A DNA stretch of 62,722 nt, filler included. It is 10 parts of 10 records of this genome, joined end to end, with 100 filler letters (N's around TTAATTAATTAA, not from the genome) between each part and the next. Parts side by side here need not be neighbours in the genome. Positions count along the whole stretch, not along the records: positions 41,780 to 51,331 come from SRR31156797_134409; positions 51,432 to 57,190 come from SRR31156797_135172; positions 57,291 to 62,722 come from SRR31156797_136135; 7 more parts are not named here. One strand, written 5' to 3'. The notes below the pieces were generated by a model, which saw nothing but the letters and a program-made list of their open reading frames with translations, searched no databases and was not told where the DNA came from. Both the position numbers and the translations under genes were made by a program. Below, in pieces: positions 49,860 through 58,058 of the stretch (positions within the stretch are counted from its first letter, which is position 1; every line of letters starts with the position of its first letter).

Positions 49860-50789
49860 ATGAAAACATTGACTATCGCCACCAGAGGGAGCGAACTCGC
49901 TCTTTGGCAGGCCGACCACATCAAGGATCGACTTGAAGCCCAATACCCCGACTTGACCGTCGAACTGCTCAAAATCAAAACCAAGGGCGACAAGATTCTC
50001 GACGTACCGCTGGCCAAAGTCGGCGGCAAAGGACTCTTTGTCAAAGAAATCGAAGAAGCCATGCTTGATGGCCGCGCCCAACTCGCAGTCCACTCCATGA
50101 AAGATGTTCCCACCAAACTGCCTGAAGGCCTTGAAGTAGGTATCATCACCGAACGCGGAGCATCCACAGACACCCTGCTGTCCGTCAAATACGATGGCCT
50201 CAAGGGGTTGCCCGAAGGTGCTGTCGTCGGCACATCAAGCCTGCGCCGTCAGTCCCAGCTTGCCGCTCTGCGCTCCGATCTCAAAATCGAATCCCTGCGC
50301 GGCAACCTCAACACCCGCATCCAGAAATTGCTGGACGGAAATTTCGACGCCATTGTCGTCGCCACAGCAGGTCTTGAGCGATTGGGAATCTCCGCTCCCA
50401 AAAGAGAAGAACTCGGACCGCCCGAATTTCTGCCCGCCGTGGCACAGGGCGCACTCGGCATCGAGTATCGCACCGACAACACCGAGTTGATCGAAATGCT
50501 CCAGTTCCTCGACCACGCCCCCACCAAGGTGCAGGTCATGGCTGAACGCGGCTTCCTGACCGGTCTTGACGGCGGATGTCAGGTACCCATTGCAGCATGG
50601 TCCGTTCTGGACGGTGATTCTGTCCATCTGACAGGCTTCGTGGCCGACGTAGACGGCTCCCGCCCCATCCGCATGGAGATCGAAGGCAAGGCCAAAGACG
50701 CATGGGATTTGGGCATGGAATTAGCCGATCAGGTCTGCAAGGCCGGCGGCAAAGAAATCCTCGATGAAGTCTACAATCGCGTATCCTAG
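49860..50789 (+). CDS. hemC: Hydroxymethylbilane synthase (porphobilinogen deaminase)
   Basis: [35 protein letters not shown] and GGCQVP motifs. Confidence 0.97.
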   Translation: MKTLTIATRGSELALWQADHIKDRLEAQYPDLTVELLKIKTKGDKILDVPLAKVGGKGLFVKEIEEAMLDGRAQLAVHSMKDVPTKLPEGLEVGIITERGASTDTLLSVKYDGLKGLPEGAVVGTSSLRRQSQLAALRSDLKIESLRGNLNTRIQKLLDGNFDAIVVATAGLERLGISAPKREELGPPEFLPAVAQGALGIEYRTDNTELIEMLQFLDHAPTKVQVMAERGFLTGLDGGCQVPIAAWSVLDGDSVHLTGFVADVDGSRPIRMEIEGKAKDAWDLGMELADQVCKAGGKEILDEVYNRVS

Positions 50790-50793
50790 CACT

Positions 50794-50820
50794 GAAAAGG
50801 CCGTTTTTAACGGCCTTTTC
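50794..50820 (+). terminator. Intrinsic terminator after hemC
   Basis: GAAAAGGCCGTT-ttt-AACGGCCTTTTC hairpin. Confidence 0.75.
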
Positions 50821-50910
50821 ATAAAAACATTTCACGCTATAAGCCTATGAAAAAACTCACAGGAGTCCGTCTTCCGGGAGAGCGCAAACCCCGTGACCCG
50901 GCCAGCCCTC

Positions 50911-50937
50911 TAAAGGTTTCCGCAGGAAAACCGATAA
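50911..50937 (+). promoter_or_regulatory. Candidate sigma28 (FliA) promoter
   Basis: TAAA-N15-ACCGATAA, about 48 nt upstream of ATG 50985. Confidence 0.65.
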
Positions 50938-50984
50938 AGAAAGCATGTAACATATTCAATCCCCCACTTAAGGAGGTAAGGATC

Positions 50985-51182
50985 ATGGAAGTTGCTGGAT
51001 TTGAAACACAGGGCACGAATTTGACGGATCAGGTTAAGAATATCCGCAAGGTCAGGCTCCAACGTGAGGTTCTGGAAAACCCGGAAATGGCTCGTCAGCT
51101 CGTCAAGGTTGAGGCCACCGGCACCTACAACGCCAAGGGAGACGTCATACAGGCTGTCACCGGAGATCTCGGCGATGCATAG
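50985..51182 (+). CDS. Small (65 aa) hypothetical protein, probably in the flagellar regulon
   Basis: AGGAGG RBS; has its own sigma28-like promoter and terminator. Confidence 0.75.
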   Translation: MEVAGFETQGTNLTDQVKNIRKVRLQREVLENPEMARQLVKVEATGTYNAKGDVIQAVTGDLGDA

Positions 51183-51187
51183 GTTTG

Positions 51188-51252
51188 TGAACGATTCTCC
51201 AAAAAAATAGGCTGGACGCTTTGTCCAGCCTATTTTTTTGGAGAATCGTTCA
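51188..51252. terminator. Perfect 30-bp inverted repeat containing a bidirectional terminator
   Basis: TGAACGATTCTCCAAAAAAATAGGCTGGAC-gcttt-exact reverse complement. Confidence 0.85.
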
Positions 51253-51331
51253 GACACGGCTTCCGATAGCGGCCCATCTCCGTCGTTGGAAGGCGCGAGT
51301 CAATCCTCACCGTAGCTAGGCTACGCCTCCG

Positions 51332-51431
51332 NNNNNNNNNNNNNNNNNNNNNNNNNNNNNNNNNNNNNNNNNNNNTTAATTAATTAANNNNNNNNNNNNN
51401 NNNNNNNNNNNNNNNNNNNNNNNNNNNNNNN
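51332..51431. other. Artificial contig spacer
   Basis: N44-TTAATTAATTAA-N44. Confidence 0.99.
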
Positions 51432-51823
51432 CCTTCCGGGAAATTATGCAGCGTGATGGCGATGACGAAAAGCCAGATCCGACGCAGCGACGCGCCGGCC
51501 TCCTTGCCGTCCGGACCCATGATGAAATGTTCGTGCGGCAGATTTTCGTTGATAAACCAGATGGCGGCGACGCCGAGAAGAATGCCGGCAATGACGATGC
51601 TGATCGCGACAACTTCCGTCGCGCCCTGTTCCTGGGCGGCGTCCAGTCCGGGCAGAATCAGCGAAAAGAAGGATGCGGCGAGCATGACGCCGGCGGCGAA
51701 GCCCAATAGCGCATCCTGAATCTTATCCGGTATCCGCTTGATGAACAGCGCCGGCAGGGCGCCGACGCCGGTTGCCATGCCGGCGGCGAGGCTGGCCAGA
51801 AACCCAATGGCGATAATCGACAT
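51432..51823 (-). CDS. ZIP (GufA/ZupT-like) metal transporter, 3'-truncated
   Basis: ATGVGALP, LGFAAGVMLAAS.FSL, PHEH and AITLHNFPE motifs. Confidence 0.92.
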
Positions 51824-51884
51824 AACAAATCCTCCTGCAATCGACCGCTATCGGCCGATGCCTCTTTCGATCTATATCAAATAC

Positions 51885-51906
51885 AAAATAAGCCATGGCT
51901 AAGTTT
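51885..51906. promoter_or_regulatory. MntR operator between the divergent ZIP and mntR genes
   Basis: AAAATAAGC-CATG-GCTAAGTTT compared with the proteobacterial MntR box AAACATAGC-N4-GCTATGTTT; adjacent TTGACA-N17-CATTGT promoter for mntR. Confidence 0.75.
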
Positions 51907-51984
51907 TTGACAAGTGGCAAATATCATGGCATTGTTTATGGATATTCGACGACGGCGAACGAAAGCGCCTGTAAGCGAGATGCG

Positions 51985-52416
51985 ATGACGAATCAGAACA
52001 AGGCGGAAGCGGACCATCCATCGGCCGGACGGTTCGAAAAGGTCCGGCAGGAGCACCGGAACGAAACGGCCGAGGATTACGTCGAACTGATCGCGGAACT
52101 GATCGACCGCCAAGGTGAGGCCCGGGCGGTCGACCTGTCGGCTCGGCTGGGCGTGTCGCAGCCGACCGTCAACAAGGTGATCGCACGCCTGCGCCGGGAC
52201 GGGTTGGTCGAGGGACGGCGGTATCGATCCCTATTTCTGACCGGCGACGGACGGCGCCTGGCCGATGCCGCCCGCCGCCGCCACCGCATCGTGCTCGATT
52301 TTCTTCTGTCCCTGGGCATAAGCGAAGACGTGGCGCGTGCCGACGCCGAGGGAATCGAACATCACGTCAGCGACGAGACGCTGGAAGCATTTCGTTTGCG
52401 GGGGGCAGGCAACTGA
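51985..52416 (+). CDS. mntR: Manganese-responsive DtxR-family regulator MntR
   Basis: EDYVELI, LGVSQPTV, RHRIV..FL..LG and DAEGIEHHVS motifs. Confidence 0.92.
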   Translation: MTNQNKAEADHPSAGRFEKVRQEHRNETAEDYVELIAELIDRQGEARAVDLSARLGVSQPTVNKVIARLRRDGLVEGRRYRSLFLTGDGRRLADAARRRHRIVLDFLLSLGISEDVARADAEGIEHHVSDETLEAFRLRGAGN

Positions 52417-52469
52417 CAGCGAAACGGTGTGTATCGATTGCATGCCGTCACAGATGATTTCCGATCCAG

Positions 52470-53102
52470 CTAATTCCCGAACTTTTCCTGCAAGGCCCGG
52501 ACCTGCGCCTCGTTCAGGAAACGGGTCGGCCGGTCCTTGAGCATGAGAAACAGCCTGGCCGTTTCCTCGAGTTCCTCGGTGGCGTAGACGGCGTCTTCCA
52601 GCGACTTGCCGGCGACGACGGGTCCGTGGTTGGCCAGCAGCACGGCATGATGGTCCGAGGCCATTTCCCGGACTGCCTTGGCCAGATCGAGGTCGCCCGG
52701 TGGAAAATAGGGAACCAGCGGCAGGGTGCCGATTTTCATCACATAGTAGGCGGTAATCGGCGGCAGCACGTTTTTCGGATCGACATCGGCCAAGCAACTG
52801 ACCGCCACCGAATGGGTCGAATGCAGATGGACGACGGCGCCGGTGGCGGGACGTTCTTCGTACATGGCGATATGCAGGAAGGTTTCCTTGGTCGGGGCAT
52901 CGCCGGAAAGATGGCGCCCGTTATCGTTGAGCTTCGAGATTTTGGCCGGATCGAGTTCGCCCATGGTCGAGCCGGTCGGCGTCATCAGCCAGCCGTCGTC
53001 CAACCGGACGCTGATATTGCCCGAACTGCCGAAGGTCAGCCCACGGTCGAACATGGACTTGGCCAGGCGGGCGATGTCGTCGCGGATTCGGTTCTCGTTC
53101 AT
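52470..53102 (-). CDS. otnC: Class II aldolase family, 3-oxo-tetronate 4-phosphate decarboxylase-like
   Basis: GSSGNIS, TPTG, PTKE.FLH, VVHLHSTHS, LLANHG and EELEETA motifs. Confidence 0.82.
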   Translation of the reverse strand: MNENRIRDDIARLAKSMFDRGLTFGSSGNISVRLDDGWLMTPTGSTMGELDPAKISKLNDNGRHLSGDAPTKETFLHIAMYEERPATGAVVHLHSTHSVAVSCLADVDPKNVLPPITAYYVMKIGTLPLVPYFPPGDLDLAKAVREMASDHHAVLLANHGPVVAGKSLEDAVYATEELEETARLFLMLKDRPTRFLNEAQVRALQEKFGN

Positions 53103-53144
53103 GAATGGCGCCTCCCGTTTCCCAGTATATGGTGGCTTTCGCAC

Positions 53145-53176
53145 AAAAAAAGACCGGAAACCCGAAGGTTTCCGGC
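53145..53176 (-). terminator. Intrinsic terminator of the sRNA
   Basis: CCGGAAACC-UUCG-GGUUUCCGG followed by UCUUUUUUU. Confidence 0.88.
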
Positions 53177-53306
53177 TAGTCTAACAGGGAGGCTTCACGT
53201 CTGGGAGACGCAGGACCCATCAATATGAGGATGGGCCCTTCTTTCGGGCCTTGCGCCCGAAACTGGGAAATCCGGTGCGGTGCATCAAATCGTTGCAACG
53301 TCACCG
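53145..53306 (-). ncRNA. Candidate trans-acting sRNA of about 160 nt with anti-Shine-Dalgarno motifs (AbcR/MmgR-like)
   Basis: Own promoter, three internal hairpins, UUUCCCAG, CUCCCAG and CCUCCCUG motifs, and a terminator; located downstream of the LsrB/VtlR-like LysR gene. Confidence 0.72.
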
Positions 53307-53312
53307 GGGTTT

Positions 53313-53380
53313 ATATAGGGAAATCCGAGTGGCCCCACCAATATCGATTTCGTAACGCAGCCATGCAGTGTGCGCATGGC
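53313..53380 (-). promoter_or_regulatory. sigma70 promoter plus LysR-type T-N11-A box driving the sRNA
   Basis: TTGGTG-N17-CTATAT (53341-53313); GCCATGC-N7-GCATGGC perfect dyad (53360-53380). Confidence 0.7.
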
Positions 53381-53408
53381 TTTCCGAATGGTGGAAAATA
53401 GGCGTCGG

Positions 53409-54311
53409 TCAGGCCGTGTCCTTGATGCCTTCGGCGGCGATGCGGTCGACCAGAAAATCGCGGAAAACGGCGATCCGCATGGAATGGCGCAATTCGTCCG
53501 GATAAACGAAAAAGACGTCGATCGTCGGCCCGTGCATATCGGCCAGAATCTCGGTCAGGTCGTCGGTTTCCCGCATCATGTAATCGGGGACCATGCCGAT
53601 ACCGAGGCCGCTTTGAATGGCCCGGAAAATTCCGTAGGTGCTGTTCAGCCGGAGAATCGGTTTGCGCGGATGATCCAGATCCGAGCCGACATGCAGCAGC
53701 CAGTCCAGATTCGGCACCGGCGGGCTGGCGTCTTCGCCGTAGACGACGATCCGATGATCATCCAGGTCCTGGGGTTTTTTCGGAATGCCGAATTTCTCGA
53801 TATAGTCGGGCGAAGCCACCGTCCGATGGCGCATGCGCATCAGGTGCAGCTGAATCAGGTCGGGCTGGCGCGGCGGAATCATCCGCACCGCGACATCGGC
53901 CTCGCGCATCGACAGGTCCAGTTCTGTATCGGCCAGGACCAGCGACACCTCGATGTCCGGATAAATCTTCAGAAAATCGTTCAAGCGCGGTGTCAGCCAG
54001 ACCGACCCGAAGGCGACCGTCGTCGTGATCTTCAAGGTGCCCTGGGGCCTTTCGCGGCTTTCGCGGATTTTCGACGTGGTCATGGCCAGCTTGGCGAACA
54101 TCTCGCGGGCCGTGCGATGAAGCAGTTCTCCCTGCTCGGTCAGGATCAGGCCGCGGGCGTGCCGGTGGAACAGGGGAACATGCAGGATTTCCTCGAGCGC
54201 ACTGATCTGGCGGCTGACCGCGGATTGGCTCAGATTCAAGGTTTCGCCGGCGTGGGTGAAGCTCCCCGCCTCGGCAACCGCATGAAATACCCGAAGTTTG
54301 TCCCAGTCCAT
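53409..54311 (-). CDS. LysR family regulator, LsrB/VtlR orthologue-like
   Basis: MDWDKLRVFHAVAEAGSFTHAG..L.LSQSAVSRQI; LysR-trxB-lrp-greA-carB synteny. Confidence 0.9.
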   Translation of the reverse strand: MDWDKLRVFHAVAEAGSFTHAGETLNLSQSAVSRQISALEEILHVPLFHRHARGLILTEQGELLHRTAREMFAKLAMTTSKIRESRERPQGTLKITTTVAFGSVWLTPRLNDFLKIYPDIEVSLVLADTELDLSMREADVAVRMIPPRQPDLIQLHLMRMRHRTVASPDYIEKFGIPKKPQDLDDHRIVVYGEDASPPVPNLDWLLHVGSDLDHPRKPILRLNSTYGIFRAIQSGLGIGMVPDYMMRETDDLTEILADMHGPTIDVFFVYPDELRHSMRIAVFRDFLVDRIAAEGIKDTA

Positions 54312-54390
54312 ACCCGCTCAAATCACAATCCGGATGGAGGCTCGCCAGGGCCTCCTGGGTTTCCTCTCGTCGGCACGTTTTTCGGCCGGT

Positions 54391-55356
54391 TCAGACCGTC
54401 GCTTCTTCCAAGACTTCTTTTTCGGCTAAAAAGCGTTCCGCATCAAGGGCGCTCATGCAGCCGGTGCCGGCGGCCGTTATCGCCTGCCGGTATGTGTGGT
54501 CCTGCACATCGCCCGCCGCAAAGACGCCGGCGACGCTGGTTTCGACGCCACCGGGCGCGGTTACGATATAGCCTTCTTCGTCCAAATCGAGCTGTCCGAC
54601 GAACAACTCGGTATTCGGCGTATGGCCGATGGCGATGAAGACGCCGTCGAGATCGAGTTGGCGGGTTGCACCGGTTTTCACGTTTTTCAGAACGGCGCCG
54701 GAGACGCCGGGTGGATTTTCCGTGCCGAGCACCTCGTCGAGGACCGAGTCCCAGACCACCTCGATTTTTTCGTGGCGCAGCAGCCGCGTCCGCAGAACCT
54801 GTTCGGCCCGCAACTCGTCGCGCCGGTGGACCAGATAGACCTTCGATGCGTGATTGGTCAGATAAAGCGCTTCGGTAACCGCCGTATTGCCGCCGCCGAC
54901 GACCGCCACCGTGCGGTCGCGGAAAAAGAAACCGTCGCAGGTGGCGCAGGCCGATACGCCGAATCCCATGAATTTCTGCTCGGTTTCCAGACCCAGCCAG
55001 CGGGCGCTGGCGCCGGTCGCGACGACCAGGGTTTCGCCTTCATAGACATCGCCGGAATCGCCGACCAGCGTGAACGGTCTTTGGCCGAGGTCGGCGCTGA
55101 CGATGGTGTCCTCGATCAGGGTGGCGCCGACATTGCGCACCTGCTGTTCCATCTGTTCCATCAACCACGGGCCCTGAACGGGATCGGGAAAACCGGGAAA
55201 GTTTTCGACTTCGGTGGTGATGGTCAGCTGGCCGCCCGGCTGCATTCCCCTGACCAGGATAGGCCCAAGATTGGCCCGTGCCGCATACAGGGCCGCCGTA
55301 TAGCCGGCGGCACCCGATCCGATAATCAGTACCTTGCTGTGGTGTGTTTCGGCCAT
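54391..55356 (-). CDS. trxB: Thioredoxin reductase
   Basis: IIGSGAAG, GGQL..T..VENFPG, CATCDG, GGGNTA and GVFAAGD motifs. Confidence 0.97.
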   Translation of the reverse strand: MAETHHSKVLIIGSGAAGYTAALYAARANLGPILVRGMQPGGQLTITTEVENFPGFPDPVQGPWLMEQMEQQVRNVGATLIEDTIVSADLGQRPFTLVGDSGDVYEGETLVVATGASARWLGLETEQKFMGFGVSACATCDGFFFRDRTVAVVGGGNTAVTEALYLTNHASKVYLVHRRDELRAEQVLRTRLLRHEKIEVVWDSVLDEVLGTENPPGVSGAVLKNVKTGATRQLDLDGVFIAIGHTPNTELFVGQLDLDEEGYIVTAPGGVETSVAGVFAAGDVQDHTYRQAITAAGTGCMSALDAERFLAEKEVLEEATV

Positions 55357-55562
55357 GTCCTGAAATCGATCCTTCTGAAGCGCATTCGATCCTTGCGGCT
55401 GCCGGACCTTGTATCCGGATCGTCCCTAAAATAGAAACCCGTTTCCAGAGGTGCAAGGCGCCGCTATCGCATTGTGGAAAAGGCATCCATTTAGTCAATT
55501 TGCCAGCTTGGATATCCGGTTACGACGTTATAATATAATTTCGCCAACGCAGGGGATATTGG

Positions 55563-56042
55563 ATGAAGAATAAAGCCGCCCGTTTGAAACTGGATGATAT
55601 AGATCGCCGGATTTTGCGTGATCTGCAGGATAACGGCCGTATCACCAATGTTGAACTGGCCCGCCGGGCCGGGATTTCGGCGCCGCCATGTTTGCGTCGC
55701 GTCCGGGTTCTTGAAGAGTCGGGATATATCCGCGGATACCATGCAGAGCTTGAACCCAAGACCTTGGGTTTCAACGTGACCGTGTTCGCGCAGGTCGGAT
55801 TGGAGAGCCAGGCCGAGACGGATCTCGAGGCGTTCGAGGCCTTGATCGAGGAATGGCCGCAGGTCCGTGAATGTTTCATGCTGGCCGGCGAAGCCGATTT
55901 CCTTTTGAAAATCGTCGCCGAGGATTGGGACGATTATCAACGCTTTTTGACGACCAAGCTGACGACGGCGCCGAACGTCAGCCATGTGAAGTCGGCTTTG
56001 TCGATCCGCCAATCGAAATTCGTGCCGGGCGTACCGATCTAA
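55563..56042 (+). CDS. lrp: Lrp/AsnC family regulator
   Basis: LD.IDRRIL..LQ.NGR.TN.ELA...G.S.PPCLRRV..LE..GYI pattern. Confidence 0.92.
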   Translation: MKNKAARLKLDDIDRRILRDLQDNGRITNVELARRAGISAPPCLRRVRVLEESGYIRGYHAELEPKTLGFNVTVFAQVGLESQAETDLEAFEALIEEWPQVRECFMLAGEADFLLKIVAEDWDDYQRFLTTKLTTAPNVSHVKSALSIRQSKFVPGVPI

Positions 56043-56064
56043 GACAATTCAGGAAATTGCCGTG

Positions 56065-56102
56065 AAAACAACGCCGGCCCGTCTGTTTGGCGGGCCGGCG
56101 TT
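56065..56102. terminator. Terminator between the convergent lrp and greA genes
   Basis: AACGCCGGCCCG...CGGGCCGGCGTT hairpin. Confidence 0.75.
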
Positions 56103-56186
56103 CATCATTTTGGCTGTCGATTCCAAACTGCTGCCCCGCCTTGCCGAAACGGCGTCAAGCGGCGGCCGGAGAAATCCGAAGCGATT

Positions 56187-56660
56187 CTAGCGGAAGCGGA
56201 CGGAAAGAATTTCGTACGACCGTGGTCCGCTCGGCGCGTTGACCTCGACGACATCGCCCTTTTTCTTGCCGATCAGGGCGCGGGCCAGCGGCGACGTGAT
56301 CGAAATCCTGCCTTGCGAGACGTCGGCCTCGTGGCTGCCGACGATGCGGAAGGTGTTTTCGTCCTCGCTCTCTTCGTCGACCACCTTGACCTTGGCGCCG
56401 AAACGAACGATGCCGCCGGAAAGCTTGCTGGTGTCGATAACCTCGGCGCGGCTGATCAGATCCTCGATCTCGGCCAGACGGCCTTCGATGAAGCTCTGGC
56501 GCTCGCGGGCTGCGTGGTATTCGGCGTTTTCGGACAAATCCCCGTGCTCGCGGGCGGCGCCGATGGCGCGGATGACGGCCGGGCGTTCCTCGGTCATCAG
56601 ACGATTGCGTTCTTTTTCCAACTGGACGAGACCGTCGGCGGTCATCGGCATTTTTTCCAT
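56187..56660 (-). CDS. greA: Transcription elongation factor GreA
   Basis: [19 protein letters not shown] and [13 protein letters not shown] motifs. Confidence 0.97.
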   Translation of the reverse strand: MEKMPMTADGLVQLEKERNRLMTEERPAVIRAIGAAREHGDLSENAEYHAARERQSFIEGRLAEIEDLISRAEVIDTSKLSGGIVRFGAKVKVVDEESEDENTFRIVGSHEADVSQGRISITSPLARALIGKKKGDVVEVNAPSGPRSYEILSVRFR

Positions 56661-56745
56661 CGGTGCTCTTCCCAAAACACTGCAAACCTTCCCCGCGCAG
56701 CCCGGCAACGGGGCCGCGATCGGTAAGGCGATGTTGCAAAGGTGT

Positions 56746-57190
56746 CTAAAACGAACTGGTAAAATAGGATTGCAGCGGCGCAACTTCAAGTGTTCCGGCA
56801 CGCAATGCCTCCAACGCATCGACGGCCGCCGCCGCCCCCGACATGGTCGTGTAGTGGGGGACGCTGTGGGTCAGGGCGGAACGGCGGATCGAGAAGCTGT
56901 CGGAAATCGCCTGGGCGCCCTCGGTCGTGTTGATGACGAGCTGAACCTGATTGCTGATGATGGCGTCGACGCAATGCGGCCGGCCTTCGAGAACCTTGTT
57001 GACCCGCTTGACCTTGAGCCCCGCCTCGGCCAGCAAATCCCGGGTGCCGCCGGTGGCCATCAGATCGAAGCCCATTTCGACGAGGCGCCGGCCGATCTCG
57101 GCCGCTTCGGCCTTGTCGCGGTCCTTGACCGAGATGAAAACGCATCCCTTCTCGGGCAATCGGGCACCGGCGCCCAACTGCGATTTGGCA
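56746..57190 (-). CDS. carB: Carbamoyl-phosphate synthase large subunit, C-terminal MGS domain (5'-truncated)
   Basis: VFISVKD.DK, ATGGT, VNKV.EGRPH, VINT and DSFSIRR motifs; upstream of greA. Confidence 0.93.
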
Positions 57191-57290
57191 NNNNNNNNNN
57201 NNNNNNNNNNNNNNNNNNNNNNNNNNNNNNNNNNTTAATTAATTAANNNNNNNNNNNNNNNNNNNNNNNNNNNNNNNNNNNNNNNNNNNN
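57191..57290. other. Artificial contig spacer
   Basis: N44-TTAATTAATTAA-N44. Confidence 0.99.
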
Positions 57291-58058
57291 CAGAATCTTG
57301 GCCTGGGCTTCCGGCCCCAGGTCGCCGACTTCATCCAGAAACAGGGACCCGTTTGCGGCATTTTCCACAAGGCCCGGCTTGCCGGAGGCGTCCGCGCCGC
57401 TGAAAGCGCCTTTTTCATATCCGAAAAGTTCGCTCTCAATGAGATCCTTGGGAATGGCCGCGCAGTTGACGCTGACCATGGGTTCTTTAAAATTGGGACT
57501 CCTGTAATGAATGGCCCGGGCGATGAGTTCCTTTCCCGTGCCGGTTTCCCCCTGGATTAAAATTGATGTATCAGGACTTTGGGCGACTTTCTTGACAATG
57601 TCCATTATGTCCTGGATGGCGTTGCTTTCGCCGACAAAGCAGGGCAGGTTTTCCTTTAGCCACCTTTCATGCAGTTCCCGGATTTCCTTACGCATGGTCA
57701 GGGTTTCAAGGGCTTTGCCGACGTTGATCATCAAGGCCGGCATTTGGAGAGGCTTGACCACGTAATCATGGGCGCCGAGTTTCATGGCCGAAACCACGGT
57801 TTTTACATCTTCGTACGCGGTTATCATGATGACGATGCAGTCGGGACGGCGTTTTTTTATCTCTTCCAGGGCTTCAAGGCCGCTCATCCCCGGCAGACCT
57901 ATATCCAATAGAACCAGGTCGGGGTTGTCATCCTGCATGGCCTTTAATGCGTCTTCGGCGGTTGGGAAGTCTTTGACCGAATAATGATTTTTTAAAGCCA
58001 GGGATATTCCTTCCCTGGCCACCTGCTCATCATCGACAACATATATGGAAAACATCAT
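57291..58058 (-). CDS. sigma54-dependent response regulator (NtrC family), 3'-truncated
   Basis: Receiver (VDDE, LLDI.LP, KP); GETGTGKE, VNCAA, ESELFG.EKGAFSGA and LFLDE motifs. Confidence 0.95.

Noticed and set aside
16872-52416. Apparent window-wide metal-homeostasis island (Cus, metal ABC, ZIP/MntR)
   Set aside because: The genes lie on separate contigs with different apparent taxonomy, so their adjacency is artificial
53370-54638. Long antisense ORFs (e.g. 53370-54638, 10221-11441, 39868-41004, 3976-5076, 18594-19652)
   Set aside because: They mirror well-supported genes on the opposite strand in GC-rich DNA and show no recognisable motifs
6056-57290. Nine recurring TTAATTAATTAA elements flanked by N runs
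   Set aside because: Identical 100-nt six-frame-stop linkers used to join contigs; not a biological repeat, CRISPR array or att site
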